The notes under the pieces were generated by a model. It saw only the letters and a program-made list of their open reading frames with translations, was not told where the DNA came from and did not search any database. From Octopus vulgaris (lineage: Eukaryota), in contig OX597835.1 in assembly GCA_951406725.2 (NCBI GenBank), positions 12,710,001-12,774,000 on the forward strand: DNA of 64,000 bases, given 5' to 3'. Numbering within the stretch: the first letter of the stretch is position 1; every line of letters starts with the position of its first letter. Both the position numbers and the translations under genes were made by a program. Positions 39,129 through 53,554 of the stretch are shown here, one piece after another.

Positions 39129-39730
39129 ACGCATAGGATATCTCTTTCGAAATTCTGTCTTCTATTGCCAGATGCCCTTCCCTTCCTAGTTCCTAAATGT
39201 TATTTATTTTGTATTTAGGTGAATTAGTAACACGATTTTATCTTACTATGTCACCAGTGAAAGTACTTCAGTCAGTGTCTAACACATTTAATCTGTTTAT
39301 TAACTGGTAAATTCATCCCTTCCCGAACCAGTGATATTTACATTGAATACAAACATGACAAATTTAGTCAAATATGATGAAAAATATTGATTTGAGGAAT
39401 TAAAAGATATTCGTCAGTCATTGAGAAGTCACCCTCCCCGACAAAGTTAAAGGTTCTAATTAAATGTTGCATTATTTTCGTGAAATTATATTCTATATTG
39501 GAAAACAGAAAAATTAATGCAGCTGCACTAATTTAGCTACACTACCATCTGGCCTCTTTGGTTCCAGATACGAACCAAATTATCCATTTTGCCTCTTTCA
39601 GAGTATGTTTTTATTGCTCCTTTAACGCCACTTTTGTATAGTGAGAAGACAGTATGTTTTAAACCATAGCATTCATAATTCCCATCTTTGAACTACGATT
39701 GCCATAAAAGGCATTAAGCTCATGTGATTG

Positions 39731-39824
39731 CCAATCAGCCAATCAGTTGCATTATTGAGCTGAAATTTTCCTGCCAATTAGTCTATAGAAGGTTCTAGAA
39801 CTTTTTAGCTGACAGTAATAAAAA
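39731..39824 (+). promoter_or_regulatory. Promoter-like cluster: three CCAAT boxes, a perfect heat-shock element and an A/T-rich box
   Basis: CCAAT at 39731, 39739, 39774; aGAAggTTCtaGAAc at 39787-39801; taataaaaa at ~39816. No downstream gene identified. Confidence 0.3.
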
Positions 39825-40989
39825 GGCGAACGAATTCAAGTTTAAGTAGAGCTATCTCAGGGTTACATTATACGGTTCATAGTTTTTTTTTCCTAAACGA
39901 TAGTCTCTCACCTCACTCCTCACCTTTCCTTGCTTAACTTAATTGGCCATTATTAATTACAAACTGTCTTCGTATTACAGTTCAGCATATATTTACATTA
40001 ACCAAGTGCTCTTTTATTGTTAATTCCCAAATGCTGTTATTAAATCAACAGTTATAAAAATGTATATATTATGTTCCTCATTAAATAAACACAATGAAAA
40101 ATTATTTTCGATTTAGTCTGATTCTGTGAATTAAACAGGCTGCTCACATAATGTTGTTTATCGTTCATTATTCATTAACTCCATTACAACCACACTAAAA
40201 TGTTAAAAGCTGTTGTATACCCCAACTAACCCTAATTTAAGGCACTGAAATAAAGGAATGCTTTCAATTTAACAAGTAACTTTCAATTTTCCGTATGCTT
40301 TTTGAGTTCCCGATATCTGCCAAATATTTTTCATCAAACTATCATGAAGGAGCAAATACTGTGAAGTGGATTCTCAACGCAACGGAAAAGCTTTGCTGTT
40401 CGTTTTAATGTTACCTGTTTCCAGTTCAATGAAAACATGCAACGTTAAAAATAATTCGAAAATAGCTGAAATTATGTCTTTGGAAATGAATCTTCCTCGG
40501 TTTCGAGGATGAGAATTCAGTTGTGCAATCAGCTGTATTACCTGCCCCCGAATTAGCGTGTAAGTAGCTTAATATTCCCCAGACAAGTGTACTTTCTCGT
40601 AACGCAATACTCGGACAGAATCAAAGTGAAACAGAGTGTGATGCGACGAAGCCGGACTTTTAAAATACTTGTACGATTCATCCAACGGATTGAGAGTCGC
40701 CTTAACAGGATCCCTAGGTTGATCAATGCCCTGGACCCTAAAGTCCACAACATACACGAGCCAGAACTGTGCTCCCAGACTGCCTAGTGTGTCACCTTAA
40801 GATGGCCCTGAACGGGCTTCCAAACATTTTCTGTCTGCCCAGTTCCATTCACAACACTTGGGACAATCCAATGTTATCGTAAACAACACTTTGCTCGACG
40901 TAACTTGCGGCTGGATTGAACCTTGGAACTCGTAATTACAAATCGAGTTTCTAAATCAACTGACAATGCTGCGACCTCTATATCACTTT

Positions 40990-41460
40990 TCGTTTTATTC
41001 TTTTACTTGTTTCAGTCATTGAACTGTGGCCATGCTGGAGTAATGCGTTGATGGGTTTAGTCGAATAAAACTGACCCCAGTAATTATTCTCATGTTTGGT
41101 ACTTATTCTATCAGTTCTTTTTGTCGAACTGCTAACCTATGAGGACGTAAACAAAGCAACACCGATGACCAAGTCATGTAAACACAAACACACAGACACT
41201 CACAAACATACATGCATGCATAGATACATACATACATGCATGCATGCATACATACATACATACATACATACATACATACATACATACATACATACATACA
41301 TACAGATATATGATAGGCTTCCACACAGTTTCCGTTCACCAAATTTACTCACAAGGGAATGGTTATCAGGGCTATAGTAGAAAACACTTCCCCAATGCGC
41401 CGTGCTGTGGAACTGAACCCGAAGTGACATAGCTGCAAAGCAAACTTCGACCACACACCA
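40990..41460 (-). mobile_element. Diverged SINE family A copy
   Basis: ttttacttgtttcagtcatt..tggccatgctggag...gaactgaacccg; internal (CATA)n. Confidence 0.75.
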
Positions 41461-41952
41461 TGCATGCATCTAAGAATCTAGAAAAACACGAACGTTTACT
41501 GGAAAGGTAATTGGAGAAGTTTTCTGTGAAGTTCCAACATCACTGAGACAGAATGCTTTTCAAGTTCTTTACGTCTTAACTACAATATTTTCCAGGCATA
41601 AAACTTACTTTAGATCTTTAAACCAGAGTTGTAGTGTTTGTTTTTGATGTCTCTGTGAATGGTGTGATCTTCTATAAAGGTTTATTGTATATTAAACTCT
41701 GTTCTTTGTAATTATAGTTTCGGTTATATGGTAGTTCTTCAGCGTGTTTGACACCGCGCAAGGAACGAGCCGATGAAGGAAGCTCAACGTGGTTGCTCGA
41801 TCCGGTAGAAATTGCGGCCACATCTCCCTCAATTTAGGCTATAGCCTCATAAAAATTGAAGACAATTTTAGATAATGCAATCTATTGCTAGAGGAAAAAG
41901 AACTGGTTGAGCACGGTGAAAATACGTTGATCGTGGCGCTGTTCGATCAGGG

Positions 41953-42381
41953 CTCTTTACTCTTTACTCTTTTACTCTTTTACTTGTTTCAGTCATTTGA
42001 CTGCGGCCATGCTGGAGCACCGCCTTTAGTCGAGCAAATCGACCCCGGGACTTATTCTTTGTAAGCCCAGTACTTATTCTGTCGGTCTCTTTTGCCGAAC
42101 CGCTAAGTGACGGGGACGTAAACACACCAGCATCGGTTGTCAAGCAATGCTAGGGGGACAAACACAGACACAGAAACATATACACACACACTTATATATA
42201 TATATACATACATATATACGACAGGTTTCTTTCAGTTTCCGTCTACCAAATCCACTCACAAGGCATTGGTCGGCCCGGGGCTATAGCAGAAGACACTTGC
42301 CCAAGATGCCACACAGTGGGACTGAACCCGGAACCATGTGGTTGGTTAGCAAGCTACTTACCACACAGCCACTCCTGCGCC
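41953..42381 (-). mobile_element. Young full-length SINE family A copy
   Basis: Complete head to (ctctttta)n tail with CpGs retained. Confidence 0.9.
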
Positions 42382-42544
42382 ATGTTTAAATAAAAAAAAG
42401 TGCGAGAGAAAGAAGAGAAAGAGAAAAACAGATCTTGTCGAGCAAACGTTTAGCGCAGAAGTCTCTCGAACAATTAGGCGCGAACCACAGATCTAGTGAT
42501 CCAGATATGCAGTATCTGTCTATCTATCTGTGCAATAGTCCGTA

Positions 42545-42612
<68 letters not shown>

Positions 42613-44507
42613 TGTGTGTGCGTGTATGCATGCGTATTTGTATGCACGTGTACGAGTAAATTGTTGAACGAAAAAAGGACTTACTACATAAAACTGAAGC
42701 TATTGGAATCTTTATTCAAAGTGATGGGTTACCGATTATTCAACTGATTGAAGAAGGATGTAGCGTGACAATACAGAAGCAAAAATATTTACAGACACAC
42801 CGAAAACTTGTCATCGAGATTTAATCGGTTATTAACGAAGCCGGTAGAAAATGTCTCTCATATTTATCTATTCGGTTATTATATGTAGAACACGTGATAT
42901 ATTTAACTATTCACATACATACTTAAGCGATATATCAACGTCCCTAATAACATGTGTTAAATATAATCAAAAGCAAGAAAGAAGGCTATTTAAAATAGTA
43001 GTTTAAATGGCTTAGTGTTGATGAAAACTGAAAGCGTTTTAATGTGGTCATCTTTCAGGATATTGGCAATATATTAAGAAGGAAATAAGCTTTTTTTAAC
43101 CAATCAGAAATTCTTCAACTTACATTTATGAAAATATCTTCATAGCTTGTTCAAAAATGTAAAATACTGTAATATAATGTTATGCTTCTCTGAGATACAT
43201 AGATAACACTTCCTCGAATCATTTATGTAAGGAGACGTATTCTAGTTTGGACCGATGAATTTATAATTATCGATCCGTAGTTGATTAGGAAACACATATC
43301 CAGCTCATCCCTTGGCGAAGAATCCCTTACTCGTAGTGCTCATCAGTACTTAAGTTTCTAAGTGAGAATATATATTAAAAAAATGTGAAAATAGCATACG
43401 AAATATTGTGTTATAATCCTTCATATAGTTTAAATGTTCGTGCTAATGTAGGTAGAATTTATCTAAGCATAAGTATTTTCTTGTAGATCTTAAATATCAC
43501 AAGATCTTTTTAAAAAAGCATTAAACTGTTATACAATTGCCCTCAACAATTCCACTGCTGCTATAGTCAGTGTCTGTTTGTGCGCGCGTCCAACAATTGA
43601 ATAAATGTACATGTGTCATTTTATAACATGCATTTGGAAAGGTTCGACCAATCAAATCTCAATGATTAATTTAATTTTGAAGTGTCTTTGTATATATGTT
43701 GTCAGGCTATCTCCCTTCTGCACGTGTTTGTATGATTGGCAACAGAATAGCGATTGAAGAAGCTTTAGTTCATTTTACATGTGTATGTGTAAAGGCAGGT
43801 GACTTCATGCTTAGGGTGATGGGCTCATGTTCCTAGAACATGCTTCACAAGGGGTCATTAAACAAGACCCTGTATTTCATGTTATTTCAGTCTACTAATA
43901 ACCATTAGGCTACATGTTTTTAGATAACACGAATACATAATGCCGAGAGCATTAACAACTTAGGAGCCAAATGTTATGCAGTTTAATCATTTCAGTAAAC
44001 ATGGATAAAAACTCTGCGCATGTTTCGTTTTTATTATGACCTTATTAGTAATGCAAACACTTCAACTTCTGCATAATTACCAAAGTAGTTTTGGAAGAAT
44101 CGCTAACTAAATATACAAGAATATATATTGGTAGGCTTTAAAAAAAGTATGTGGACGTTTGTGTTATAAAAAAATAAATTAAAAACTATAAATAGAGTCA
44201 TTTCATTTTTGAAATAATGTTTTTAATTCAGTCGGGAATCCGACAGAGAAATCATATAATTTTTAATTCTACGTTTGTAAAGATTACACGACTGAAAGGT
44301 TAAACTAAAGCTGTCTAAAATATCTCCATAAATCAACATAAAATAAACAAGCTTTATTAAATATTTATCTTTTAGCAGAGCTTGTTGAGTAGGTTGATTA
44401 TCAATGGAGTCACGCACACATGCACACATGCACAAATACACTTTCACTCTACCTCTCACTCACTCCGTCTCTCTCTCTCTCTTTCTTTCTGCCTGTCTGT
44501 CTGCCTC

Positions 44508-44540
<33 letters not shown>

Positions 44541-44769
44541 ATTTCAGTATTTGTTCATTTTCGATATTCCCCCCCTCTTCTATCCATTTATTGGCTTTGG
44601 GTTCTTTAGACTGTTATCATACTGGGGGGTCGCCTTCAAGGGTTTGTATTCAATCATATATCACCCCCACCCCAGTACCGTCTAACAAAATTTATTGATC
44701 TCTTAAAGGATGAAACAAAAATCGATAACGGCAAAAAAGGAAAATGTCTTGCACAAAAATACACTTACA

Positions 44770-45310
44770 TAAAGAAATATACATACATACATACGTATGC
44801 ATACATACGTATACGTACATGCATGCATATATGCATACATATATGCACACGCATACATAGATGCATACATACATACATACATACATACATGCATACACAC
44901 ACATGCATACATACATGCATACATACATGCATACATACATGCATACATACAAGCATACATGTACACATACATATATACACACATGCATACATACACACAT
45001 ATATATAATTACACACATACATACTTATATACATACACACATACATACACAATGCATACATGCATACATATGCACACAAACATATATATATATATATATA
45101 CACGTACATACATATATACATACATACATGCGTACATACATGTATACATACACACATACATACATGCATATATACACACACATACATACACACATAGATA
45201 CATGCATACACACACACACACATACATACATACATACACACATACATACATATACACATACATACATGCATACATTTACATACAGGCATACATACATACA
45301 TACATACAAG
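44770..45310. repeat. (CATA)n-type microsatellite field
   Basis: Direct inspection. Confidence 0.95.
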
Positions 45311-45467
45311 CAGATAAGTAGAATGATATGTGGATTCAGAGAATTGTGTTGTGAATACTTATTAATGCAAACATGGAGGCATAATTTCTTCCATGATGAT
45401 ATTAAATTATGCATGAAGAATGTTGTGAAACGGCTGTAATCCTATGTAAGTTACAGGGCTAAATAAA

Positions 45468-46058
45468 AGTTAGTTAGTTAGTTAGTTAATTTTTTGGCTC
45501 AAAAAGCAAAAAGCAAGGCCATGTAGGGGGACATGGAGTTATGTACAGGGTGGTGTTCATGCAAAGAGTTCAGGCCATTTCTGGTCAAGAGAGACTTTGA
45601 ACTGAGCGGTCGTTGGCATCTTCACTATCTCGTCTGGCAGCTTATTCCACGGATCCGCAACCCGGATGGAGAAAGCCCCTCTCCTTCGATTGAGATAAAA
45701 TTGTCACAGATAGAGCTTTTCAGAGTGACTCCGCAGCCGATGCTCTGGAGCAGGAGTGAAGAACAGCTCTTTCGAGGGGTTACACTTTCCGCTTATGATG
45801 TTGTGAGCAAGAATGAGATCACCACGGCGTCGTCGTTTTTCTAGAGAATAAAGGTCGAGCGTCTTCAGCCTTTCTTCATAAGACAAATGCTTGAGACCAA
45901 GAACCATGCGGGTAGCCAGCTTCTGGACTCTTTCGAGATGCTGTATGTCTTTGAGGAGATAAGGAGAAGAGGCTTGAATTCCGTACTCCAATATAGCTCT
46001 CACCAGCGTGACATAGAACGGTAGGAATATGGCTGCTGTGAGCATTCTGAATGACCAT
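45468..46058 (-). mobile_element. 5'-truncated CR1-clade LINE (RT C-terminus, 3' UTR and (TAAC)n tail)
   Basis: YVTLVRAILEYGIQASSPYLLKDIQHLERVQKLATRMVLGLKHLSYEERLKTLDLYSLEKRRRRGDLI is the CR1 post-RT signature; (gtta)n at 45468-45488. Confidence 0.9.
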
Positions 46059-46620
46059 CGAAATATTTATTCATCACTCGTACCTCCTGACTTTATGATT
46101 TTATACATGCACCCCCACACACACACACACATCCACACATATATATTATATATGAGGCTACATCCGCTGGTGAATAAGTGCCACCTAAAAAGAATTTGTG
46201 CTGGGGCAATGTAGGAGCACTTGTGCTAGTGGCACAATAAAAGCACCCAGCATAGACAGTAAATTGGTTGGCATTTGGAAGGGAACCCAGCTGTAGAAAC
46301 CAAGCCAAATCAGATTGGAATGCGATGCAACTCTCCAAGATTGACCTCAACGGGATTTGAACTCAGAATTCAAAGCTGGAACTAACGTCTTCAAACATTT
46401 TGTGTCTTGTAGTTGTTTTGATTGAAGATTCAGTAGTTTTTTTTTCTTCTCTGATAGAATTTAAGTCTCACCAGTTTTCATAGCTTTTTCTCTCCGCTGA
46501 CAATAATCAGCGAAGTATTAGATAAGCTGGAAAGAACCGATAGCAGGGTACCAGAGGCTGTAGGTACCATACCAAGCCGGCAATGCATGCAAGACACCAG
46601 GAGGTCCTACAAAACCTGAG

Positions 46621-46849
46621 TTAACCCTTTAGTGTTTGCATTATTCTGCCAAAATTAATCCTTTTTTTATTCAAATTGTTTTGAACTAATCAGGCATTAT
46701 CTTGTAGCTTTGAGATTTTGATGAGGTAGCTGTTAATTTTTAAAGCGATATTGTAGGGTTGGTATGAGAGACCAGATCTGGCCAGTTTGAACATAAAACA
46801 GTAGAATACTTCTGGCCGGATATGGCTGGTTTAAATGCTAAAGGGTTAA
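46621..46849. mobile_element. piggyBac-type TTAA MITE
   Basis: ttaaccctttag...ctaaagggttaa; third copy of the family. Confidence 0.88.
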
Positions 46850-47319
46850 ACAGAAATAAGAACAATAATAGTAATAACAATAGCAACAACAATAATAATA
46901 ATTACTCTGACATCTCCTAAATGAAAATTTCTTTACAAAAAAGAAAAAGAAAAGGCAAAGAAAAGGAAAAGAAACAAAGATTTGTTTAATCTCAGAAAAA
47001 TTTGTTTTTGAAGCAGAAAAACGAAAACAAGGACAATTTTTGCAAAAGGAGAAATTTGTCTTAATCTGAAGTATTGTTGTAAATTATTGAGTTTCTGATA
47101 ATGGAAGGAATTAAGGAAGAATACGGCGGAATGTTCTATGGGCACTACACTTGTCCAAGTTGTATGCCGCTCTTAAATTGCTGTCATCTTTAATGTCAGC
47201 CAACAAACGAACATTATTATTTATTGGTTATTGTTGTCATAGCAACTAATTCTACTTTATATTTATTTCACTCCACACATAGATGAACACGCGTGGATGT
47301 TTGTGAGCATACGGTTGTA

Positions 47320-47401
47320 AACATACAACCATACATACACAGATACACACATACTTATATATATATATATATACACACACACATGCACACACACACACAT
47401 G

Positions 47402-47433
<32 letters not shown>

Positions 47434-48080
47434 CACACACACACGCAAGTATACACACATGGACACATATATAAATATATATGTATATATATATGTATAT
47501 ATATACACATATATAAATGTATTTATACATACATATGTATATTTGTATGTATGTATATATATATATTTATAAATATATATATGTATATATGTATATATAT
47601 GTATATATATAAATATATATATGTATATATATAAATATATATATGTATATATATAAATATATATATATGTATATATATATGTATATATATATATGTACAT
47701 ATATATATGTATATATATAAATATATATATGTATATATGTATATATATGTATATATATGTATATATATATGTATATATATACACATATATAAATGTATAT
47801 ATACATACATATGTATATTTGTATGTATGTATATATATATATTTATAAATACATATACACATATATATTTATAAATATATATACACACATATATATATAT
47901 ATATACAAACATACATACATACATACATACATATATGTATATACATACATACATACATATATGTATATACATACATACATATATATAGATATATAAAAAT
48001 ACAGATCTATGTGCATATATGTATATATATATATATATATATGAATAAACACACACACAGACATCTATATATATTTGTGT

Positions 48081-48114
<34 letters not shown>

Positions 48115-48237
48115 ACATACACATGCACATACAAACTCCCTTGGTACACTCACATTTACATACTCACCTGCACATGAAGCGAGATAGACTTTCGCACACC
48201 TGCATACGCACACACAAATAAGCACAAATAACACACA

Positions 48238-48285
<48 letters not shown>
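47320..48285. repeat. (TA)n/(CA)n microsatellite field
   Basis: Direct inspection. Confidence 0.95.
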
Positions 48286-48289
<4 letters not shown>

Positions 48290-48354
48290 CTTTCTCTTGA
48301 GATTTTAATCAGTGAAAATATTTGCAAACGCAAGAATGATATTCTGGTTATTGT

Positions 48355-48478
48355 CCTCCTCCTCCTCCTCATCATCATCATCATCATCATTGACCACATT
48401 ATAAATATTCATGTAATTAACAATGCAGTCATTATCATTGCTCTTCTCCTCTCCCTTATCATTATTGTCATCTTCATC

Positions 48479-48520
<42 letters not shown>

Positions 48521-49052
48521 GTCATATTCATTCACCTAATTATCTTTATCATTACCGCTGTCAGGTATTGTCATCTATTGTCTTCATCATCATCATCATC
48601 ATCACCACTACCACCATTGCCACGCCACCACCACCTCACCATCACTGCCACCACCACTGCCACCACCACCATCATCATCCTTATAATTATCATCATCATT
48701 ATCACCCCCACCATCATCACCACTACCACCATTACCATGCCACCACCATTACCATGCCACCACCATCACCACTACCACCACCACTACCACCACCACCACC
48801 ACCACCACCATCCTCACCACCACCACCACCATCCTCACCACCACCACCACTATCATCATCATTATAATCATCATCATCACCACTACCACCATTACCATGC
48901 CACCACCATTACCATGCCACCACCATCACCACTACTACCACCACTACCATCACCACCATCCTCACCACGACCACCACCACCACCACTATCATCATCATTA
49001 TAATCATCATCATCACCTCCACCATCATCACCACTACCAACATTACCATGCC

Positions 49053-49084
<32 letters not shown>

Positions 49085-49291
49085 TATAATCATCATCATC
49101 ATCATCATCATCACAATTGTAGTCACTTGTGTAACTGTAACTCTGGATCTATCCTGTTGGGAGCTGCCCCTGGGTAAAGGGTTTATCAGACGAATAACTC
49201 TGTGCAGTCCACAGATGCTTATCTCTGGGTACCCCTATACCTCGCTGTAAATGAGCACAGTCTGATCGCACCACCACCACCACCACCACCC

Positions 49292-49325
<34 letters not shown>

Positions 49326-49465
49326 TCTTCATTCTCCTCATTGTCATCACCACCAGCAACCATCATTATCCTCTTCCTCCCCCTCCTCCTTGTCCTTCTC
49401 CTCTACCCCTCCTCACCATCATCATCGTCGTCATCATCATCATCGTCGTCATCATCATCATCATC
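48355..49465. repeat. (CAT/CAC)n low-complexity tract with an internal duplication
   Basis: caccattaccatgccaccaccattaccatgcc repeated; source of the His/Pro-rich ORFs. Confidence 0.9.
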
Positions 49466-49799
49466 GGCAGCAAGATCTCATGTCTGCTTACCATGCTGGT
49501 ATGTGTTGCACAGGTTATCACAGTCTGAGGCATTTCTTATTGGCTGATGGGGGAACTGCTCCTAATAAGAGAGGGGCCAACTGTTTTGTCATGTGGCTTT
49601 TAATCCTACTGCCAGATGCCCTTCCCTTCCTAGTCCCTATTGCCATCGGAGCCCTTCTAGTGAATTGCATCTGATTCACGGCCACAGTCTAGACACATTA
49701 CAATCCCTTTACAATGCATTCTGTTTCTCAACATATATTGTTGTTGCTGTTGTGGTGGTGATAAATTATAATTATTAATGAGTAGAGCTACAATCAAAA

Positions 49800-50245
49800 G
49801 GTGTCCTTGATCTGACCACATCGTTGCTCTGGTGGCATGTGGATATCTCTGGTCATCATCCACCGGTTCCCTTCCATGTGTCCAGGGGTTGGCTTGCATA
49901 CAACCAGGCTGGTTGTATGCGTACAATAACGCCAGGCTTTTCTTTCCATCCCATTCATTGAAGCTATCAGCTTGCAATCATCTTTGGCAGCCTCTTGCTC
50001 TCTGCCCCTCCACAATTCCTGTCCTGAGCAAGGATTCACGGCACATTATATATCCAAAATATGATAGCATTATAGTCTTGATTCCAAGCAACAGGTGTCT
50101 TTACATCTTTCAGCTTTTCTAGCACTTGACTCTTTGTTGCCCTGTCTTTCCAGTTTATTTTGTCCAATCCACAAAAGACCTACATCTCAGAAGCATCAAT
50201 TTCCTTTTCCAGTGCTGTGTATATTGTCCAAGTTTCTGTCTTGTA
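49800..50245 (-). mobile_element. Highly decayed RTE LINE 3' remnant
   Basis: Minus-strand ETWTIYTALEKEIDASEM*VFCGLDKINWKDR resembles RTE (ETWT...KI.AFEM...RIL.I.W.D). Confidence 0.6.
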
Positions 50246-51165
50246 GAAGACAACCTAAGATAACATTCTCAGATGTGTCCTTACCATATTTAAGATGGTA
50301 AGCTGTGATTTGAAAGAGCTTTGGCTGCTGTTTCTAGCAGGTTCAGTAATTACATAAAGGGATCTTTGTAGAGGGTCTCCGTATATACGGAACCAATGAG
50401 TTAGACCAAAGAGTTTGATCAGTTTGTGTGCAACGCAGCAGTTGCTGCACCTCTACAGTTACTGCTGATGTATATCCAAGCTTACTACTTTGGATTGAAG
50501 ACATTATTGAGGCTGCTGTTACATATATTCATGCATGTATGCATATTTATATGCATACACACACGTGCACAAAACAACACTAAAAATATACAGTAAATAG
50601 ACTCCATTGAATGCCAGGTGGGGGATACCCAGAAGTAGCTGCTGGCTTCCTTCACTGAGGGTGTACCAGTGAGAATAAGAATAGGCCTCAGAGTGAAAGG
50701 CAGAGTGTATGAGGGCAGTTGCGGACATGTTTCTACCTTAATAAGCATCATCAGCACTAGAGAAATAAGTAAGTTTAAATGGCTCGACAAAATTCATTCA
50801 CAAAGGTTTTTTTGACCCAAAGCTATGCAGAAGAAGTTGTTTGAGATGTTGCTTACAGGAATTGAACTGGAAATAACTCAGTTACAAAGTGAATTCCTTA
50901 GCTATGCAACCATTCCAGCACCCATGGACAGAGATTCTCAGTCGCTGACACATTTTTCTGCAAAATATGGATAGTTTATTCTGTTCATGCTATATTATTG
51001 GCATTATCCTGCATTCGAGAAAAAATTATTTCTGTATCTTTCAATACAACTCAACGCTTTTAAAGCAAATTTTGTTTACTTTCATCGTAACTTGAATTTA
51101 ACCTACGATAGTGTCTTATAAAGCTAGATTTATATATCCTAAGTTTGCAGAAGTGTTTGTCGTTG

Positions 51166-51242
51166 GGTCAGTTTAGCTTAAAGGTAGAGCACTGTGACAC
51201 ATAATCACAGAGTTGTGAGTTTGGGTCTCATGGCTGGTCGCC
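51166..51242 (+). pseudogene. tRNA(CAT)-like cloverleaf (pseudo-tRNA-Met or SINE head), copy 1
   Basis: ggtcagtt-ta-gctt aaaggta gagc-a-ctgtga caCATaa tcacag-agtt-gtgag tttgggt ctcat-ggctggtc-g; all four stems pair but the T-loop is degenerate. Confidence 0.6.
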
Positions 51243-51461
51243 GACACATTTTTCTGCAAAATACGAGTACTTTATCCTGTTCGTGGTACATTATTAGTAT
51301 TATCCTGCATTCGAGAAAAAATTATTTCTGTATCTTTCAATACATCTCAACGCTTCTAAAGCAAATTTTGTTTACTTCCATCGTAATTTGAATTTAACCT
51401 ACGATAGTGTCTTATAAAGCTAGATTTATATATCCTAAGTTTGCAGAAGTGTTTGTTGTTG

Positions 51462-51538
51462 GATCAGTTTAGCTTAAAGGTAAAGCACTGTGACACATAA
51501 TCACAGAGTTGTGAGTTTGGGTCCCATGGCTAGTCGCC
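51462..51538 (+). pseudogene. tRNA(CAT)-like cloverleaf, copy 2
   Basis: Same structure in the second 296-bp unit, with a few more mismatches. Confidence 0.55.
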
Positions 51539-52317
51539 GACACATTTTTCTGCAAAATACGAGTAGTTTGTCCTGTTCATGATATATTATTAGTATTATC
51601 CTGTGTTTGAGAATAAAATTATTTCTTTATCTTTATATAACTTGGCTTTAAAGATTTCTTCAAATCCTTACTTTTGCAGACCCGTTCTCTTCTTATTACG
51701 AAACTTCGTTTGAACAGACAACATAAACAAACAAGACAAACCAAAACAGATGAATAAAATTTAAATAATAAAATAAACAAGAAAATAAATAATGGAATGA
51801 AAAAAATCTGCTGTAAAACGAAGTTATTTTAAAGATCATTTAATAGTTTAAAAGAAGCCGTTGAAGTGAATGGCGCTCAGAAGATGGTTCCAATTCTTTG
51901 GAAGCATAAAAATTTGATTTGATTTTCAAGCAATTTGGAATATTAAGGAAATGAAGGCGACATCTATATTAATTGATATTTCTTTCATGAAACCAAACAA
52001 ATGTTTTCTGGAAAGTTGCGGAGTTTGCAATTTGTATTCAATTGACTCCTCTCTAATTGAATTAATAGTCATGCCCTACTCTACATAAACACATGTATAT
52101 ATACATATGTATATACACATGTATATATATAATACATATATATATATTATATATGTATATATATGTATGTATATGTATACGAATATATGTGTCTATATGT
52201 GTGTGTCTATATACACACACACATATATATTTATATATATATATATATACATACATATGTATATATACATATATATATATATGTATATATATATGTATAT
52301 ATACATATGTATGTATG

Positions 52318-52349
<32 letters not shown>

Positions 52350-52614
52350 CTTACATACATATGTGTGTATATATATATTATATATATATAATATAATATA
52401 TATATACTTATATATATAATATATATACTTTTATATATATATATATATATATACATATATACATATATATGATGATGATGATATATCATGATATATATAT
52501 GTATGTATATATACATGTAAATATATATATATATGATATATATATTTATGTAATATATATATTATACATATAATATCACTTTCTTTCTCTCTTTCTCTCT
52601 CTCTCTCTATGTAT

Positions 52615-52646
<32 letters not shown>

Positions 52647-52843
52647 GTATGTATGTATATGTATATATGTACTCGCATTCATACATATGTATATAAATTT
52701 ACACACTCACACACACACACACATGCACACATATGCACACATACATATGTATATTATGCATAAATATATATGCAGGTATGTGTGTCTATTTATATCCATA
52801 TTTTCATGTATCTATGTTTTAATCTATCTCTCTGTTTCTCCTC

Positions 52844-52875
<32 letters not shown>

Positions 52876-53291
52876 TTATATGTGTGTGTGTTTTTTCTGG
52901 AAAGACATATTCTTATCTGTCTCCTCTTTTCTCTTGTCAAAGACAATATTCCTCCAGCGTTCGTTACCTTACCTCGTCTGGCCTAATGGTCCTCTATGTT
53001 TGTTCCTATTTGGTTTATTGTATCTCTCCAGTGTCCTGTTTTTGCTACCAGCTTTGACCTTCCACAAATCCTAAATTCTATTTTGGTTTGCAGGAGCAAC
53101 TGCCTTTCGAAGCATCATATTGTCGTTAATTGCTCGAAATGAGGAGCAGATGAACATCTGACAACTGATGAAGGGTCGTTCTTTATGTAACTTGTCTTGT
53201 TTTCCATTTGTTTCTCTTGTTGTTTGCATACCCCAGTTTGTCTTCGTATTTCATGTTGTTTACGTTTTGTGACGTCCTGTATCTATATATG

Positions 53292-53371
<80 letters not shown>

Positions 53372-53497
53372 TGTATGTATGTACATATATGTATGTATAT
53401 ATGCATATATATTTATTCTATTTATATTATTATATGTATGTATGTATGTATGTATGTTTGTATGTATATATACATATATATATATAAACATATATAT

Positions 53498-53498
<1 letters not shown>

Positions 53499-53554
<56 letters not shown>

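Larger units (their letters stand above)
50942..51635 (+). repeat. ~296-bp tandem duplication (about 2.3 units)
   Basis: tcgc(t/c)gacacatttttctgcaaaata at 50942, 51238, 51534. Confidence 0.92.

Noticed and set aside
40553-40800. CpG-containing unique segment with three overlapping short ORFs
   Set aside because: No recognisable homology and no convincing pair of splice sites; cannot be supported without a search.
48160-48175. Minus-strand CAG|GTGAGT recursive splice site
   Set aside because: Embedded in degenerate (CA)n sequence where such motifs arise easily; weak pyrimidine tract.
48568-49674. His/Pro-rich protein ORFs
   Set aside because: (CAC/CAT)n low complexity, open in all three frames.
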